Positions 17,111 to 26,457 of a DNA stretch of 64,000 nucleotides are shown here, piece by piece. The position numbers and the translations under genes were made by a program. Below the pieces are notes generated by a model, which was given only the letters and a program-made list of their open reading frames with translations, had not been told where the DNA came from and searched no databases. The first letter of the stretch is position 1, and the number at the start of each line of letters is the position of its first letter. Origin of the DNA: Arenicellales bacterium (GTDB lineage Bacteria; Pseudomonadota; Gammaproteobacteria; Arenicellales; JAJDZL01); contig OZ243928.1 in NCBI GenBank assembly GCA_965213865.1, positions 1,791,384 through 1,855,383 on the forward strand, in the 5' to 3' direction.

Positions 17111-18958
17111 ATGATAAAAGAACGACCTTATCTCATTTCAAACTGGAATTTGAATCACTTTTTGCAGGAAATCAATGCCGATGATCTGCGCGGCTTTGTT
17201 CGCTGGCTGGGAGTCTCTAATCCGGTACCTACCCGCAAAGATGACATGGTCGCAGCGATTGGGCTGCAGATGAGCAAGGGATATCTGATTGAAGCTTGGA
17301 AAGAACTGAATGAGCTGGAAAAATCAGCAGTGAGCGAAGCGCTGCACAACTCCGAGCGCTGTTTTAACATTGTGCAGTTCAAGGCGAAATACGGGAAGCT
17401 TCCCAATTTAGGGTTTGACAGATACCAGAATAATCAGAATTTCCGTTTGCGGCAGTTTTTGTACTCCGATTCGCGCTATGGCGGCGAGCTGCGCATTCCA
17501 AAGGATTTAAGCACGATGCTGATGCAGTTTGTCCCGCAGCCGATGGCGGCCAGCATTGATTCTGTCAAAGAACTGCCAGAGGTCGTTACGCGCGAGGAAT
17601 TGAGCTATTCGAGAGGAAAACAAACCAGAGATGATGCATTGCAGCGCCGAGAGATGGAATTTGCAGCCTCTCAGGACCTTTTTGCTGTATTGAGGCTGAT
17701 CGAGCAGGGGCAGATTGCAGTCAGCGCATCAACGCGCCGCCCGACCGCGGCAGCCATCAAGCGAATCAGCGCAGAATTATTCGAAGGTGATTATTTCGAG
17801 CCTGAAGTGAAAAAGAACAGCTGGGATCAAGTTACGGGTCCCGTCAAGGCATTTGCGTGGCCGATGCTGCTTCAGGCTGCAAAACTGGCCGCATTGCAAA
17901 ACTCAAAACTAGTCTTGACAAAAAAAGGCAAAGCCGCTGTGCAAGCGCCCGCGGCTGAGACTTTGCATGAGTTGTGGGGCGCTTGGAAGCTAAGCAGTCT
18001 GCTGGATGAGTTTAGTCGGATTGACACGATTAAAGGCCAGTTTCGAGGCCGTGGAAAAAGAGCAATGACGAATGCGTCCGTCCGGCGGGCAGAGATTGTG
18101 GATGCATTGCGCCGCTGTCCGGTCGGTGAATGGATTCAGTGTGATGACTTCTCCCGATTCATGCAGGCGATCGACTGCAGTTTTGAAATTACCTCTGATT
18201 ACTGGACGCTTTACTTGTCTGAGCGGCAATACGACAGTTTGGGCTACAGCGGCTATCATGAATGGCATTTGCTTCAGGGACGCTATATCCAATGTCTTCT
18301 GTTTGAGTATTTGTCTACGCTGGGCATGATTGATGTCGCCTATACCCATCCCGAAGGCGCTAGAATAGATCTTTATGAATTGGGAGGTACAGACGAACTG
18401 AAGTGGCTGAGCCAATACGACGGTCTGGAATATTTCAGGATCACACCTTTAGGCGCGTATTGTCTGGGCATGACAGAAGATTACGAGGCGCTGTCCATAA
18501 CGGAAAAAACGCCCGTATCCATCCTGCCAAATCGTTTGGTTCAGTCGCAGCAGCCGCTGGCGATTGCTGAAAAAATTACGCTGGAAACTTATGCTGAGCA
18601 GGAATCGGAGCTTTCATGGCGGCTGGCGATTGAGAAAATTGCAGAGGCAGTTGAAAGCGGGCAAAGCACTGATGACTTGCGCGAGTTTCTGGCTGTGCGC
18701 CATGATCAGCCGCTGCCTGAGACGGTCGATGGACTTCTGCGCACGATTGATCGCAATGCCAATCAAGTGAAACTGGCCGGAGATGCCGTACTGGTTGAAT
18801 GCGCCAGTGAGGATGTTGCAAAAGAAATTATTGGGAACCGGCATGTTGCGAAAATTTGCATGCTGGCCGGCAAGAAGCATTTGGTTTATCCAGCCGGGAA
18901 AGCAAAAGCATTTCGAAAAGCCATCCATGCACTTGGCTACAGCTTGCCTTGGGTATAA
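17111..18958 (+). CDS. Large helical protein with C-terminal XPB-associated (Helicase_C_3-like) domain
   Basis: 615-aa ORF; C-terminal WRLAIEKIAEAVESG...LREFL...PLPETV resembles the XPB-associated domain; no helicase Walker motifs seen. Confidence 0.6.
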   Translation: MIKERPYLISNWNLNHFLQEINADDLRGFVRWLGVSNPVPTRKDDMVAAIGLQMSKGYLIEAWKELNELEKSAVSEALHNSERCFNIVQFKAKYGKLPNLGFDRYQNNQNFRLRQFLYSDSRYGGELRIPKDLSTMLMQFVPQPMAASIDSVKELPEVVTREELSYSRGKQTRDDALQRREMEFAASQDLFAVLRLIEQGQIAVSASTRRPTAAAIKRISAELFEGDYFEPEVKKNSWDQVTGPVKAFAWPMLLQAAKLAALQNSKLVLTKKGKAAVQAPAAETLHELWGAWKLSSLLDEFSRIDTIKGQFRGRGKRAMTNASVRRAEIVDALRRCPVGEWIQCDDFSRFMQAIDCSFEITSDYWTLYLSERQYDSLGYSGYHEWHLLQGRYIQCLLFEYLSTLGMIDVAYTHPEGARIDLYELGGTDELKWLSQYDGLEYFRITPLGAYCLGMTEDYEALSITEKTPVSILPNRLVQSQQPLAIAEKITLETYAEQESELSWRLAIEKIAEAVESGQSTDDLREFLAVRHDQPLPETVDGLLRTIDRNANQVKLAGDAVLVECASEDVAKEIIGNRHVAKICMLAGKKHLVYPAGKAKAFRKAIHALGYSLPWV

Positions 18959-19427
18959 GGTTTTCAGCAGTTTTCTATGCAGTGACCGCCGGCCGCATTC
19001 GGCAAGTATCGCTGCAGATTTGGTGTGCAGGAAGTATCGCAAGCATAGCGCTGCGGGCGTTGCAGGCAGTCGAAAGATACGGCTTGCGGTATTTATGGAG
19101 CGCAAAAGTTCAATGAGCGTTCACGGACTGCAGACGAATCAGACCATGGAAAAATAACGCACTGGAGTCAGATGCCTGTGCAGAAAGTATAGTGTTGATG
19201 TAAAGAAATGTGGATGGCCGATTCAAAAGCAAAAACAAACTATTAAACGCATTGAATACGGATAAGCCTGCTCTGATCTTTCGCTTCTCGCTAGCGGTGA
19301 TGTCTTGCCGGAACGAAAAAGCAGTCGTTCAGCTTGAAAATGTCCTTGCAGGTTTGGGTCGATGCGGTTGCGGCGCATCCGCGATCACTCCGTCCGTTCC
19401 GGGCTGTCGCCCTCGTGGCCGGCGGCG

Positions 19428-19467
19428 CCCCTGGCGCCGGCCGTGAAAAAAGCGCCGGCGCCAGGGG
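19428..19467 (-). terminator. 14-bp GC hairpin downstream of secreted protein B
   Basis: CCCCTGGCGCCGGC-12 nt-GCCGGCGCCAGGGG, about 45 nt past the stop at 19512; no clear U-tail after the stem. Confidence 0.5.
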
Positions 19468-19511
19468 GCCCGACACCCAAGCGGCGGAGCGCCCGTGTCC
19501 AGCCCTGGCCG

Positions 19512-20187
19512 CTACCGGCATCCCCACATGTTATGCCAATCGGTGTTGTCCTGAGTTGAGCTGAACAGGGGCAGGGTGGTCTTGCGCCCGCACCAGCAGT
19601 TGCGGACATCCTGAAGGGTCAGGGGGCTGATTGAGAAGCACCCGCTGCTCCGGCCCGAAGTATTAGGAGCGACATTCATAGTGTAGGTGCCGCCCGTCAT
19701 GAAGCAGCGTCGGGCAAACACCTGGTCCGGTATACTCTGGACCGGGTTAGAGTCTGCATCTTGTGCCTGAACAGCAGCTTCCAAATAATAAAGAGTCTTC
19801 GCGGCCAAGCCAGATCGGCTTAGGGTCCGGCTACTGAACGACTGGCCGCTGGTAAGGGTAACGAATGTTCTCCCTATTAATGAATCTGTATCGGCGTTGT
19901 AAACCCCAAACGTCACAAACGCTTTTGCAGGTGCTGGAATATCGCTGAGCCGCATGACGTACTGGTCGAATGTGATGGTCGGATTAGTGAAAGTCACGCT
20001 GGTTGTGGACAAGGCCGTGATGGGGAGACTCGCGGCATCGACCTCAGTTTTATCCAGACAGGCGGTCGAGCCTACTCGCCCGCTGCTGGTTACGGTTGTC
20101 TGCGCCGCGGCCGGCGCCGCCAGTGCGGCCAGGAGCAGGAGGCATATTAGCTTATGAGGGGGGGGGTGAAAGTAAAATGCGTTTCAT
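19512..20187 (-). CDS. Secreted 6-Cys protein B (paralogue of A), out of frame at a C9 tract in the signal peptide
   Basis: RBS GGAGGA, ATG 20187 reads MKRILLSPPPS*. Removing one C from 20158-20166 gives MKRILLSPPPHKLICLLLLAALAAPAAA|QTTVTSSG..., joining ORF 19512-20012. Confidence 0.8.
20156..20170 (-). repeat. TTCA-C9-TC homopolymer motif, copy 2
   Basis: Plus strand gagggggggggtgaa. Confidence 0.95.
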
Positions 20188-20383
20188 GAGGAGTCCTCCA
20201 GTTGTTTTGATTCTCTTATTCTATAGTGTTTGCCGCCGAAAGACAGGTGTGAATTTCATAGTGAGACACTGCCTGTTTGCTGGTTATTGCCTGTCGCGAA
20301 AGATCCTAAATAAAGCTTGTAAGCTCCAAGAAATTCGTAAATCATGGCCGCGGCGAATAAAGCCCTGACGTAGAAACGTCGAA

Positions 20384-20938
20384 TTACTCGTCAATCAGCC
20401 GGTGAATCGCCGCTAGAATATTCTCTGATTGGAAATCTCTGCCACCCAAAGCTCGATAGCGAAAGCGGCCCCGGCGGTCAATCAAATACGTTGTTGGCAG
20501 CGGATTGACACCCCAATCGTTGTATGCCTTCAGATCTGCATCCAGCATGACCGGGAATTGATTCTCCAATCCCCAGTCGTTCAGGAACCGCTCTATGGCT
20601 TTGCGCGATTCACCGGTATTGACCGCGACCACTTCAAAATCTTCTGCAGCCAGTGCGTTGCGCAGGCTGGCGATTGAAGGCAGTTCCTCAACGCAGGGCG
20701 GACACCAGGTTGCCCAAAAATTCACCAGCAAAACTTTGCCTTCCAGCTGGTGGTGTGAGAACTCCGGATTAAGCCATTCCTCATCCGCAAACCCTGGAGA
20801 ATTCGCGATATCAATTTCAGTCAGACTGTCCGCCAGGTCAGCCGATACATGGCTTGCAGAGAAAAGTAAAGCAAGACCGGCAATGATTCCGAGCGCCGAC
20901 GAGAATGCTCCTTGATTTCTGGAAAACGAGCGGCTCAT
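20384..20938 (-). CDS. TlpA/ResA family thiol-disulfide oxidoreductase, exported
   Basis: VNFWATWCPPCVEELP, LPTTYLIDRRG and N-terminal signal/anchor. Confidence 0.9.
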   Translation of the reverse strand: MSRSFSRNQGAFSSALGIIAGLALLFSASHVSADLADSLTEIDIANSPGFADEEWLNPEFSHHQLEGKVLLVNFWATWCPPCVEELPSIASLRNALAAEDFEVVAVNTGESRKAIERFLNDWGLENQFPVMLDADLKAYNDWGVNPLPTTYLIDRRGRFRYRALGGRDFQSENILAAIHRLIDE

Positions 20939-20989
20939 GGAATCTGCGTCCGACGAGGTCGAAAGAACGGATAAAGTGTATTGATTCGA

Positions 20990-21433
20990 TCAGGTGATCT
21001 CGCCTGCGCCGCTTAGCAGACTCTGTAAATTCCCAATTTGCTTCTCGCGGCTTCTGATCACTTCTGCCAGCAGATCAGTAGTCGATACAATTCCAATCAA
21101 TTCATCGTCTTCCAGTACCGGAAGATGTCGAAAGCCCTTGCTGACCACGATCTTCATACATTCCTCAATATGCACGTCAGCGTTGACCGTGACTACATTT
21201 TTTGTCATGACATCCTTGATTCTGGTGTCTTTTTCGGTTCTGCCAAGCAGAACCACACGCCGGGCATAATCGCGCTCTCCGAAAATGCCAGTGAGTTTTC
21301 CAGAGGCGTCGACGACCGGTACGACGCCAACATTTCTCTCAGACAATGTACGCAGCGCATCCAGTACAGTGGCTTCTGGCGAGGTGGTTGAGATGTTTCC
21401 CTTGTTCTTTATGAGTGCTGAGACGGCCAACAT
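20990..21433 (-). CDS. CBS domain pair protein
   Basis: GIFGERDYARRV, DVMT, FRHLPV and GIVSTTDL. Confidence 0.9.
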   Translation of the reverse strand: MLAVSALIKNKGNISTTSPEATVLDALRTLSERNVGVVPVVDASGKLTGIFGERDYARRVVLLGRTEKDTRIKDVMTKNVVTVNADVHIEECMKIVVSKGFRHLPVLEDDELIGIVSTTDLLAEVIRSREKQIGNLQSLLSGAGEIT

Positions 21434-21943
21434 GACTTTCCCCTTTATTTCGTTTTTGCGGATACTTTTACACGAATGAAATTGTAAAGGTTTTCGAATA
21501 TGATTTTTCCGGCGTACCGATGGCTGACACTCTGCAGTTCGGCTGCAGCCTTCGGTCTGAATATTGCATTCCTCTCTTTGAGCTGCGCAGTCGATCCCAA
21601 TGATCCGGGTTATGGGCGCTCCGCAAGTGTATCTGATATTGCTTTGTCGATGATAGGCAAACTATACGAAAATAGACAGGTTGCAGAAACTTCAGCTTGT
21701 TACATTTGACGGCGCAGACTGGTTTTTGTTTGTTTTGCAGTGCGACTTCAGGTGCGGTCATCAATCTTTTGCATCCATGTGCAAAATGATCCAAGTGGCA
21801 TCCTTATGCTGCAGAGGATGCCGAGGCATTGAGAACTGATAGATCAAATGGATGCTGATAAAATGCCCTTAATATCGAAAGCCTGAAGACCTGCCAGAGA
21901 CACGGGCGATGAATTTCAATTATTCAAGAAGAGGGAGGCGGCA

Positions 21944-22456
21944 TTGCAACTGGATACCGAAGTTGAGGAGCTGTTAAGCGCTTTCGCCGCCGCTGCCGGC
22001 AGCGGCTTGGTGATGGCGGTCGGAGAGGGCAGTGCGGTCTACGCCAAAGCCATCTTGTCCGGGATGAGTGTGATGTCCAAGCTGGTGATCAATGTTGCCA
22101 AAAAACCCGTCATTTCAGCAGATTACAGTGATATTGACCGCTCAGATATACGAGCTGCAGTTCATTATCAGGAACCGATCGAATTTTTGGATGATGTCAG
22201 TCATCATCGGCTGGCTCTGGCGGTGCTGTCTGTGCAGGATGCCCATCCGGCATTGGTTGAAAAATTATCCGATATGCTGCAAGTGGGCGGGGTGCTGATT
22301 GTACTGTCGCCGAATCAGACAAATGAGCGATTTCTGCACAATACGAGGAATTTCAAGTATGCCAGTCTTGGTGTCGGCTCCATGTATGTCAAGTCCGCTG
22401 ACGAGCAGCGTGCAAGACGCGGAGGACGCAAAGGCAAGCGCATGATGAGAATGTAG
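21944..22456 (+). CDS. Hypothetical protein with a degenerate class I methyltransferase-like fold
   Basis: RBS GGAGG then TTG start; LSDMLQVGGVLIV C-terminal motif; canonical E/D-x-G-x-G-x-G is eroded; basic tail. Confidence 0.55.
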   Translation: MQLDTEVEELLSAFAAAAGSGLVMAVGEGSAVYAKAILSGMSVMSKLVINVAKKPVISADYSDIDRSDIRAAVHYQEPIEFLDDVSHHRLALAVLSVQDAHPALVEKLSDMLQVGGVLIVLSPNQTNERFLHNTRNFKYASLGVGSMYVKSADEQRARRGGRKGKRMMRM

Positions 22457-23167
22457 GTGCTGCGTGGAGTCTCAGCTCTGCAAATCCTGTTTTGGTCTGT
22501 ACGAAAAATTGGCAATCAGCCGTGTTCAATTGTGAGCGCCGACCACCTCCATCCGGCGCTGCTTGAGCAGCTGCCCGTCGCGGGCTTTCGGCAGATTCCG
22601 CTTCAGGATGCATCTGTCTGGCTCAATGATGCATTGATCGAGCCGCAGCGCGCCAGTGCATTTCAGCATCAGCTTCTTGCCGAATGCGAGTGGCATCAGC
22701 CCGTTATCCGCATGGGATCCAGAAAAATTCACTCACCGCGCTTGGCAGCCTGGTACGGTGAGCGCGGCGCGATCTACACCTATTCCGGCCTGCAAAACGA
22801 GCCCCGTCCCTGGACCAGCGCTCTGGCTGCAATCCGCAGTCTCATTGTGCAGACCTTGGGTATTGATTTCAACAGTGTATTGGTCAATTGCTATCGAAGC
22901 GGGCAGGACAGCATGGGCTGGCATCGCGACAACGAGCCGGAGCTGGGCCCGCATCCGATAATCGTGTCGGTCAGCCTCGGCGAGACGCGCAAGTTTCTCA
23001 TGCAGCACGTCAAAAACCGGCAGGCCCGCTGGGAAACGATGCTGCAGCACGGATCAGCTCTCGTGATGCTCGCGTCGACCCAGCGCTGGTGGAAGCATGC
23101 AGTTCCTAAAACCAAAGTCTACAATGGCGTTCGGCTCAATCTGACATTTCGCCAGATACTGCGCTGA
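22457..23167 (+). CDS. AlkB-like 2OG-Fe(II) dioxygenase (ALKBH2/3 type)
   Basis: PRLAAWYG, NCYRSGQDSMGWHRDNE, H-A-V-P-K and RLNLTFR; true start uncertain (probably downstream). Confidence 0.85.
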   Translation: MLRGVSALQILFWSVRKIGNQPCSIVSADHLHPALLEQLPVAGFRQIPLQDASVWLNDALIEPQRASAFQHQLLAECEWHQPVIRMGSRKIHSPRLAAWYGERGAIYTYSGLQNEPRPWTSALAAIRSLIVQTLGIDFNSVLVNCYRSGQDSMGWHRDNEPELGPHPIIVSVSLGETRKFLMQHVKNRQARWETMLQHGSALVMLASTQRWWKHAVPKTKVYNGVRLNLTFRQILR

Positions 23168-23199
23168 ATCGCTTGACGCTCAGCTAATTTATGTGACTG

Positions 23200-23988
23200 T
23201 CACCAGCTGTTTCGAAGCTCCCGAAGTTTCAAAAAGACGGTCTTGCGATCGGGCGATTCTGGCAAGTCTGGAAATTGCTCGCATAATTTTTGAATGATCG
23301 TCGGATTGCTCAAGCGGAAAAAAGTATTGACTTCGCGTTCCAATTCCAGCGTTGTGACCATCGCTCTGCCCGGATCTTGATGCTGAATCTGTGACAGCAG
23401 CTGTGCCGCCGATTGATTGTCAGGCTCTCGATCCAGCGTAAAGCTCAAGTTGTTCGAAAAATAATCATGTCCCGGGTAGATTTGTGTGTCTTTTGGCAGC
23501 TGATCCAGCTGATCTGCGAATGTGTGATACAGCTCATTGGGGTGGCCGCCATTGTGGCAGTTGCCAGCGCCTGCATTGAAAAGGGTGTCGCCGCAAAAAA
23601 GGGCTGGCGGATCGCTGTGCGACAATAGACAGATATGGCTCATGGTATGGCCCGGCGTATCCAATGCCTCCAGCTCAACCTGACCGACTCGAATCACATC
23701 GCCAGCGCCAATGCTGCGGTCCATGCCGGGAATTTTGTCGGAGGCTTTTTCGTGCGCCAGCAATTGCGCTCCAGTGGCTGCGATCATTTTCTGATTGCCG
23801 CCGATATGATCATGATGCTCATGCGTATTGAGGACAGTGGTAATTTCCCAGCCCATGTCTTTAGCCTTGGCCAGGCACTTGCGGTGATCCAGCGGATCGA
23901 CTGCGAGCGTCTCGCCGCTGGCAGGACATGCAATCAGGTAATTGAAGTTGCGATAGGCATTATTGGTCCAAATCTGCTCAACAATCAT
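23200..23988 (-). CDS. gloB: Hydroxyacylglutathione hydrolase (glyoxalase II)
   Basis: THEHHDHIGG, TPGHT, GDTLF, YPGHDY, NTFFR and LRELRNSW. Confidence 0.85.
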   Translation of the reverse strand: MIVEQIWTNNAYRNFNYLIACPASGETLAVDPLDHRKCLAKAKDMGWEITTVLNTHEHHDHIGGNQKMIAATGAQLLAHEKASDKIPGMDRSIGAGDVIRVGQVELEALDTPGHTMSHICLLSHSDPPALFCGDTLFNAGAGNCHNGGHPNELYHTFADQLDQLPKDTQIYPGHDYFSNNLSFTLDREPDNQSAAQLLSQIQHQDPGRAMVTTLELEREVNTFFRLSNPTIIQKLCEQFPDLPESPDRKTVFLKLRELRNSW

Positions 23989-24272
23989 GAATAAGTTCTC
24001 CGTGAGATCAATGTGGGAAGACAGCGGTTTCTCTCCAGCACGGATTATAGGTGTGCGAAACCGGAAAAACTGCGTTCTGCTGGCGGCGATGGGTTTAGGG
24101 CAGGGAATGCACTGGCGGTAGCGGACAGTCACCGCCAGCAATCGAACGGGGTGCAGACGTACAGTCCATATATTTGTTTTCGACCGATGCAAATCCAATA
24201 AAATTCATTGCATGGACGGCTTTTTTAGCCTTATGCCAAGTCGTTCTCGCACCAACGGTGCATCCAGTCGCA

Positions 24273-25838
24273 ATGAGATTTTTCAACACAGCCGGGCCGA
24301 TTAAACCCGAATCCAATTTTCATATACCGCCCCTGGAACGGATCAACCAAGAAGCGATGCTTGAGTTGATTCGTCAAGAACGGTATTTTGTCCTGCATGC
24401 GCCACGGCAGACCGGCAAGACATCCGTGCTCCAATGTTTGCGTGATCATCTCAATTCTTCCGGGCGTTATCGCGCTGCTTATGCGAATGTCGAAGAAGCT
24501 CAGATGGCGCGCGATGACATAGCCGCCGCCATGAAAAGCATCTTGAGTTTTCTGGCCAGAGAGTCGAGTGACGTGCTGAATGATTCGTTTGTGAACGACA
24601 CATGGCCGCAAACACTTGATAAAGTCGGTCCTTTGTCTGTATTCAGAGAAGTGCTGACCTGCTGGAGCCGGCTTGATCATCGCCCTTTGATTTTGATGCT
24701 CGACGAAATCGATGCACTGGTTGGGGACACGCTGATTTCAATACTCCGCCAGCTGCGCGCGGGATATCCCACCCGTCCACGTCATTTTCCGCAATCTGTG
24801 ATTTTGTGCGGTGTTCGGGATGTGCGTGACTACCGTATTCATTCAACTATGCACAGCGAGATGATTACCGGCGGCAGCGCATTCAATATCAAAGTTGAGT
24901 CATTGCGTTTAGGCGACTTCAGTGAGGCTGAATCACGCAGATTGCTGTTGCAGCACACCGCAGAGACTGGACAGGATTGGAGCGAGCAAGCGCTTGAGAA
25001 AGTTTGGGAGTCAACGATGGGACAGCCGTGGCTTGTGAATGCCCTGGCTTGGGAAACATTGAAAATCGCGAAAGACGTTGCAAAAGAAATTCATGCTGAA
25101 GATGTTCTTGCCGCAACGGAAAGTTTGATTCGACGCCAAGACACGCATTTGGACCAGCTGGCTGACAAATTGCTGGAAGAGCGTGTAAAGCGTGTGATTG
25201 AGCCGCTGCTTGCCAGCGATGTTGAAATTGGCGAGGTTCAGACAGACGATGTGAAATATGTTCGGGATCTGGGCTTGATTGCACCGGATTCGCCCATTCG
25301 TATCGCGAACCCGATTTATCGTGAGATCATACCGCGCGAGCTGATCAAAAATACTGATGAGTTTATCGCGGCAGAACCAGTCTGGTTCATCCAGGATGGC
25401 AGGCTGTCAATGAGTGCATTGATGGAGTCATTCCAGGAATTTTACCGCGAGAATTCTGAACACTGGATCCAGCGGTATGACTATCAGGAAGCCGGCGCCC
25501 AGCTGCTGCTCATGGCTTTCCTGCAGCGTATCGTCAATTCAGGCGGCCGGGTTCAAAGAGAGTATGGGCTCGGAAAAATGCGAACAGATTTGCTGATTAC
25601 GTACGGCGATCGCCGCTGTCAGCAAAAAGAAGTGGTGGAGTGCAAGTTGCGAAAAAATGGTCTGGAACGCACGATAAGCGAGGGGCTCGGGCAGATAGCT
25701 GAGTATATGCAGCGTTGCGGCGTAAGCGAAGGCCATCTGGTCATTTTCGATCGGGCCGATGCGCGTTCTTGGGACGAAAAGATATTTCAGCAAGAAAGAA
25801 CTGCTGACTCTCAGATCATCAAGATATGGGGGATGTAG
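24273..25838 (+). CDS. AAA/P-loop ATPase with C-terminal PD-(D/E)XK nuclease-like domain
   Basis: MRFFNTAGP, Walker A APRQTGKT, Walker B LMLDEID, GQPWLVN and REY...RTDL...VECK. Confidence 0.8.
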   Translation: MRFFNTAGPIKPESNFHIPPLERINQEAMLELIRQERYFVLHAPRQTGKTSVLQCLRDHLNSSGRYRAAYANVEEAQMARDDIAAAMKSILSFLARESSDVLNDSFVNDTWPQTLDKVGPLSVFREVLTCWSRLDHRPLILMLDEIDALVGDTLISILRQLRAGYPTRPRHFPQSVILCGVRDVRDYRIHSTMHSEMITGGSAFNIKVESLRLGDFSEAESRRLLLQHTAETGQDWSEQALEKVWESTMGQPWLVNALAWETLKIAKDVAKEIHAEDVLAATESLIRRQDTHLDQLADKLLEERVKRVIEPLLASDVEIGEVQTDDVKYVRDLGLIAPDSPIRIANPIYREIIPRELIKNTDEFIAAEPVWFIQDGRLSMSALMESFQEFYRENSEHWIQRYDYQEAGAQLLLMAFLQRIVNSGGRVQREYGLGKMRTDLLITYGDRRCQQKEVVECKLRKNGLERTISEGLGQIAEYMQRCGVSEGHLVIFDRADARSWDEKIFQQERTADSQIIKIWGM

Positions 25839-25923
25839 CTTGCTGGCTGCTCAAGCGGCTGCAGATGGCTGCCAAGCTCATCAGCAGTATGGATAATCGG
25901 GCGGTGCAGCGCCTTTCGATGTG

Positions 25924-26457
25924 TCATGGTGATCGCTGCTTGCGATTGTTCAGCTCGCTTGCAGGATTCTGGATATGCTCAACGATTGCCATATTTTCGC
26001 CGGAAATCCGGTAGGCTTGCCCAAATCCCTTGATGTAGGTGCCTTCGCTGGCTCTGAAGCTGTAGAGGTTGAAGTCGGCAAGCTGCGCCAGAGTGTCCGC
26101 GATATTGCCGAATTTATCTCGGTAAGCCGCGAACCACGTTCGGAACTGATCACTGTCACGCGGGTGCCGTTTCACCGTGCAATCGGCAATCAGTCTTTCG
26201 CGGGCAAAGAGATTCGGTGATTCAGATTCGTCGGCGATGATCATCATGGATGCCATTGAGTTGGCAGCGATGTTGGCGGTATGCGCGGCCAAGTCGCTGA
26301 GCATGACATAGAAGGTCAGCTGACCGCTGCATACATAGGGTGCGTAACTGACTGCAGGCAGTCCCGATTCCGATACAGTAGCGATTTCCAGTGACAGGCG
26401 GCTTTCGATCAGTGCCTGCGCCTCACGTCTGATTTGCTCTGCGATTTCTGGCATCAT
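25924..26457 (-). CDS. HugZ/HutZ-like pyridoxamine 5'-phosphate oxidase family protein
   Basis: SYAPY, LSDLAAHTAN, LFARERL, LADFNL and YIKGFGQAY. Confidence 0.85.
   Translation of the reverse strand: MMPEIAEQIRREAQALIESRLSLEIATVSESGLPAVSYAPYVCSGQLTFYVMLSDLAAHTANIAANSMASMMIIADESESPNLFARERLIADCTVKRHPRDSDQFRTWFAAYRDKFGNIADTLAQLADFNLYSFRASEGTYIKGFGQAYRISGENMAIVEHIQNPASELNNRKQRSP

Noticed and set aside
14838-20012. Diversity-generating retroelement as the source of A/B variability
   Set aside because: No reverse transcriptase and no template/variable repeat pair differing at adenines in the window.
21879-21895. AAGCCTGAAGACCTGCC resembles the 3' end of a cobalamin riboswitch
   Set aside because: The upstream conserved core (GGGAA..GGTG..AATCC, CCCCC..ACTGT, GCCACTG) is not visible.
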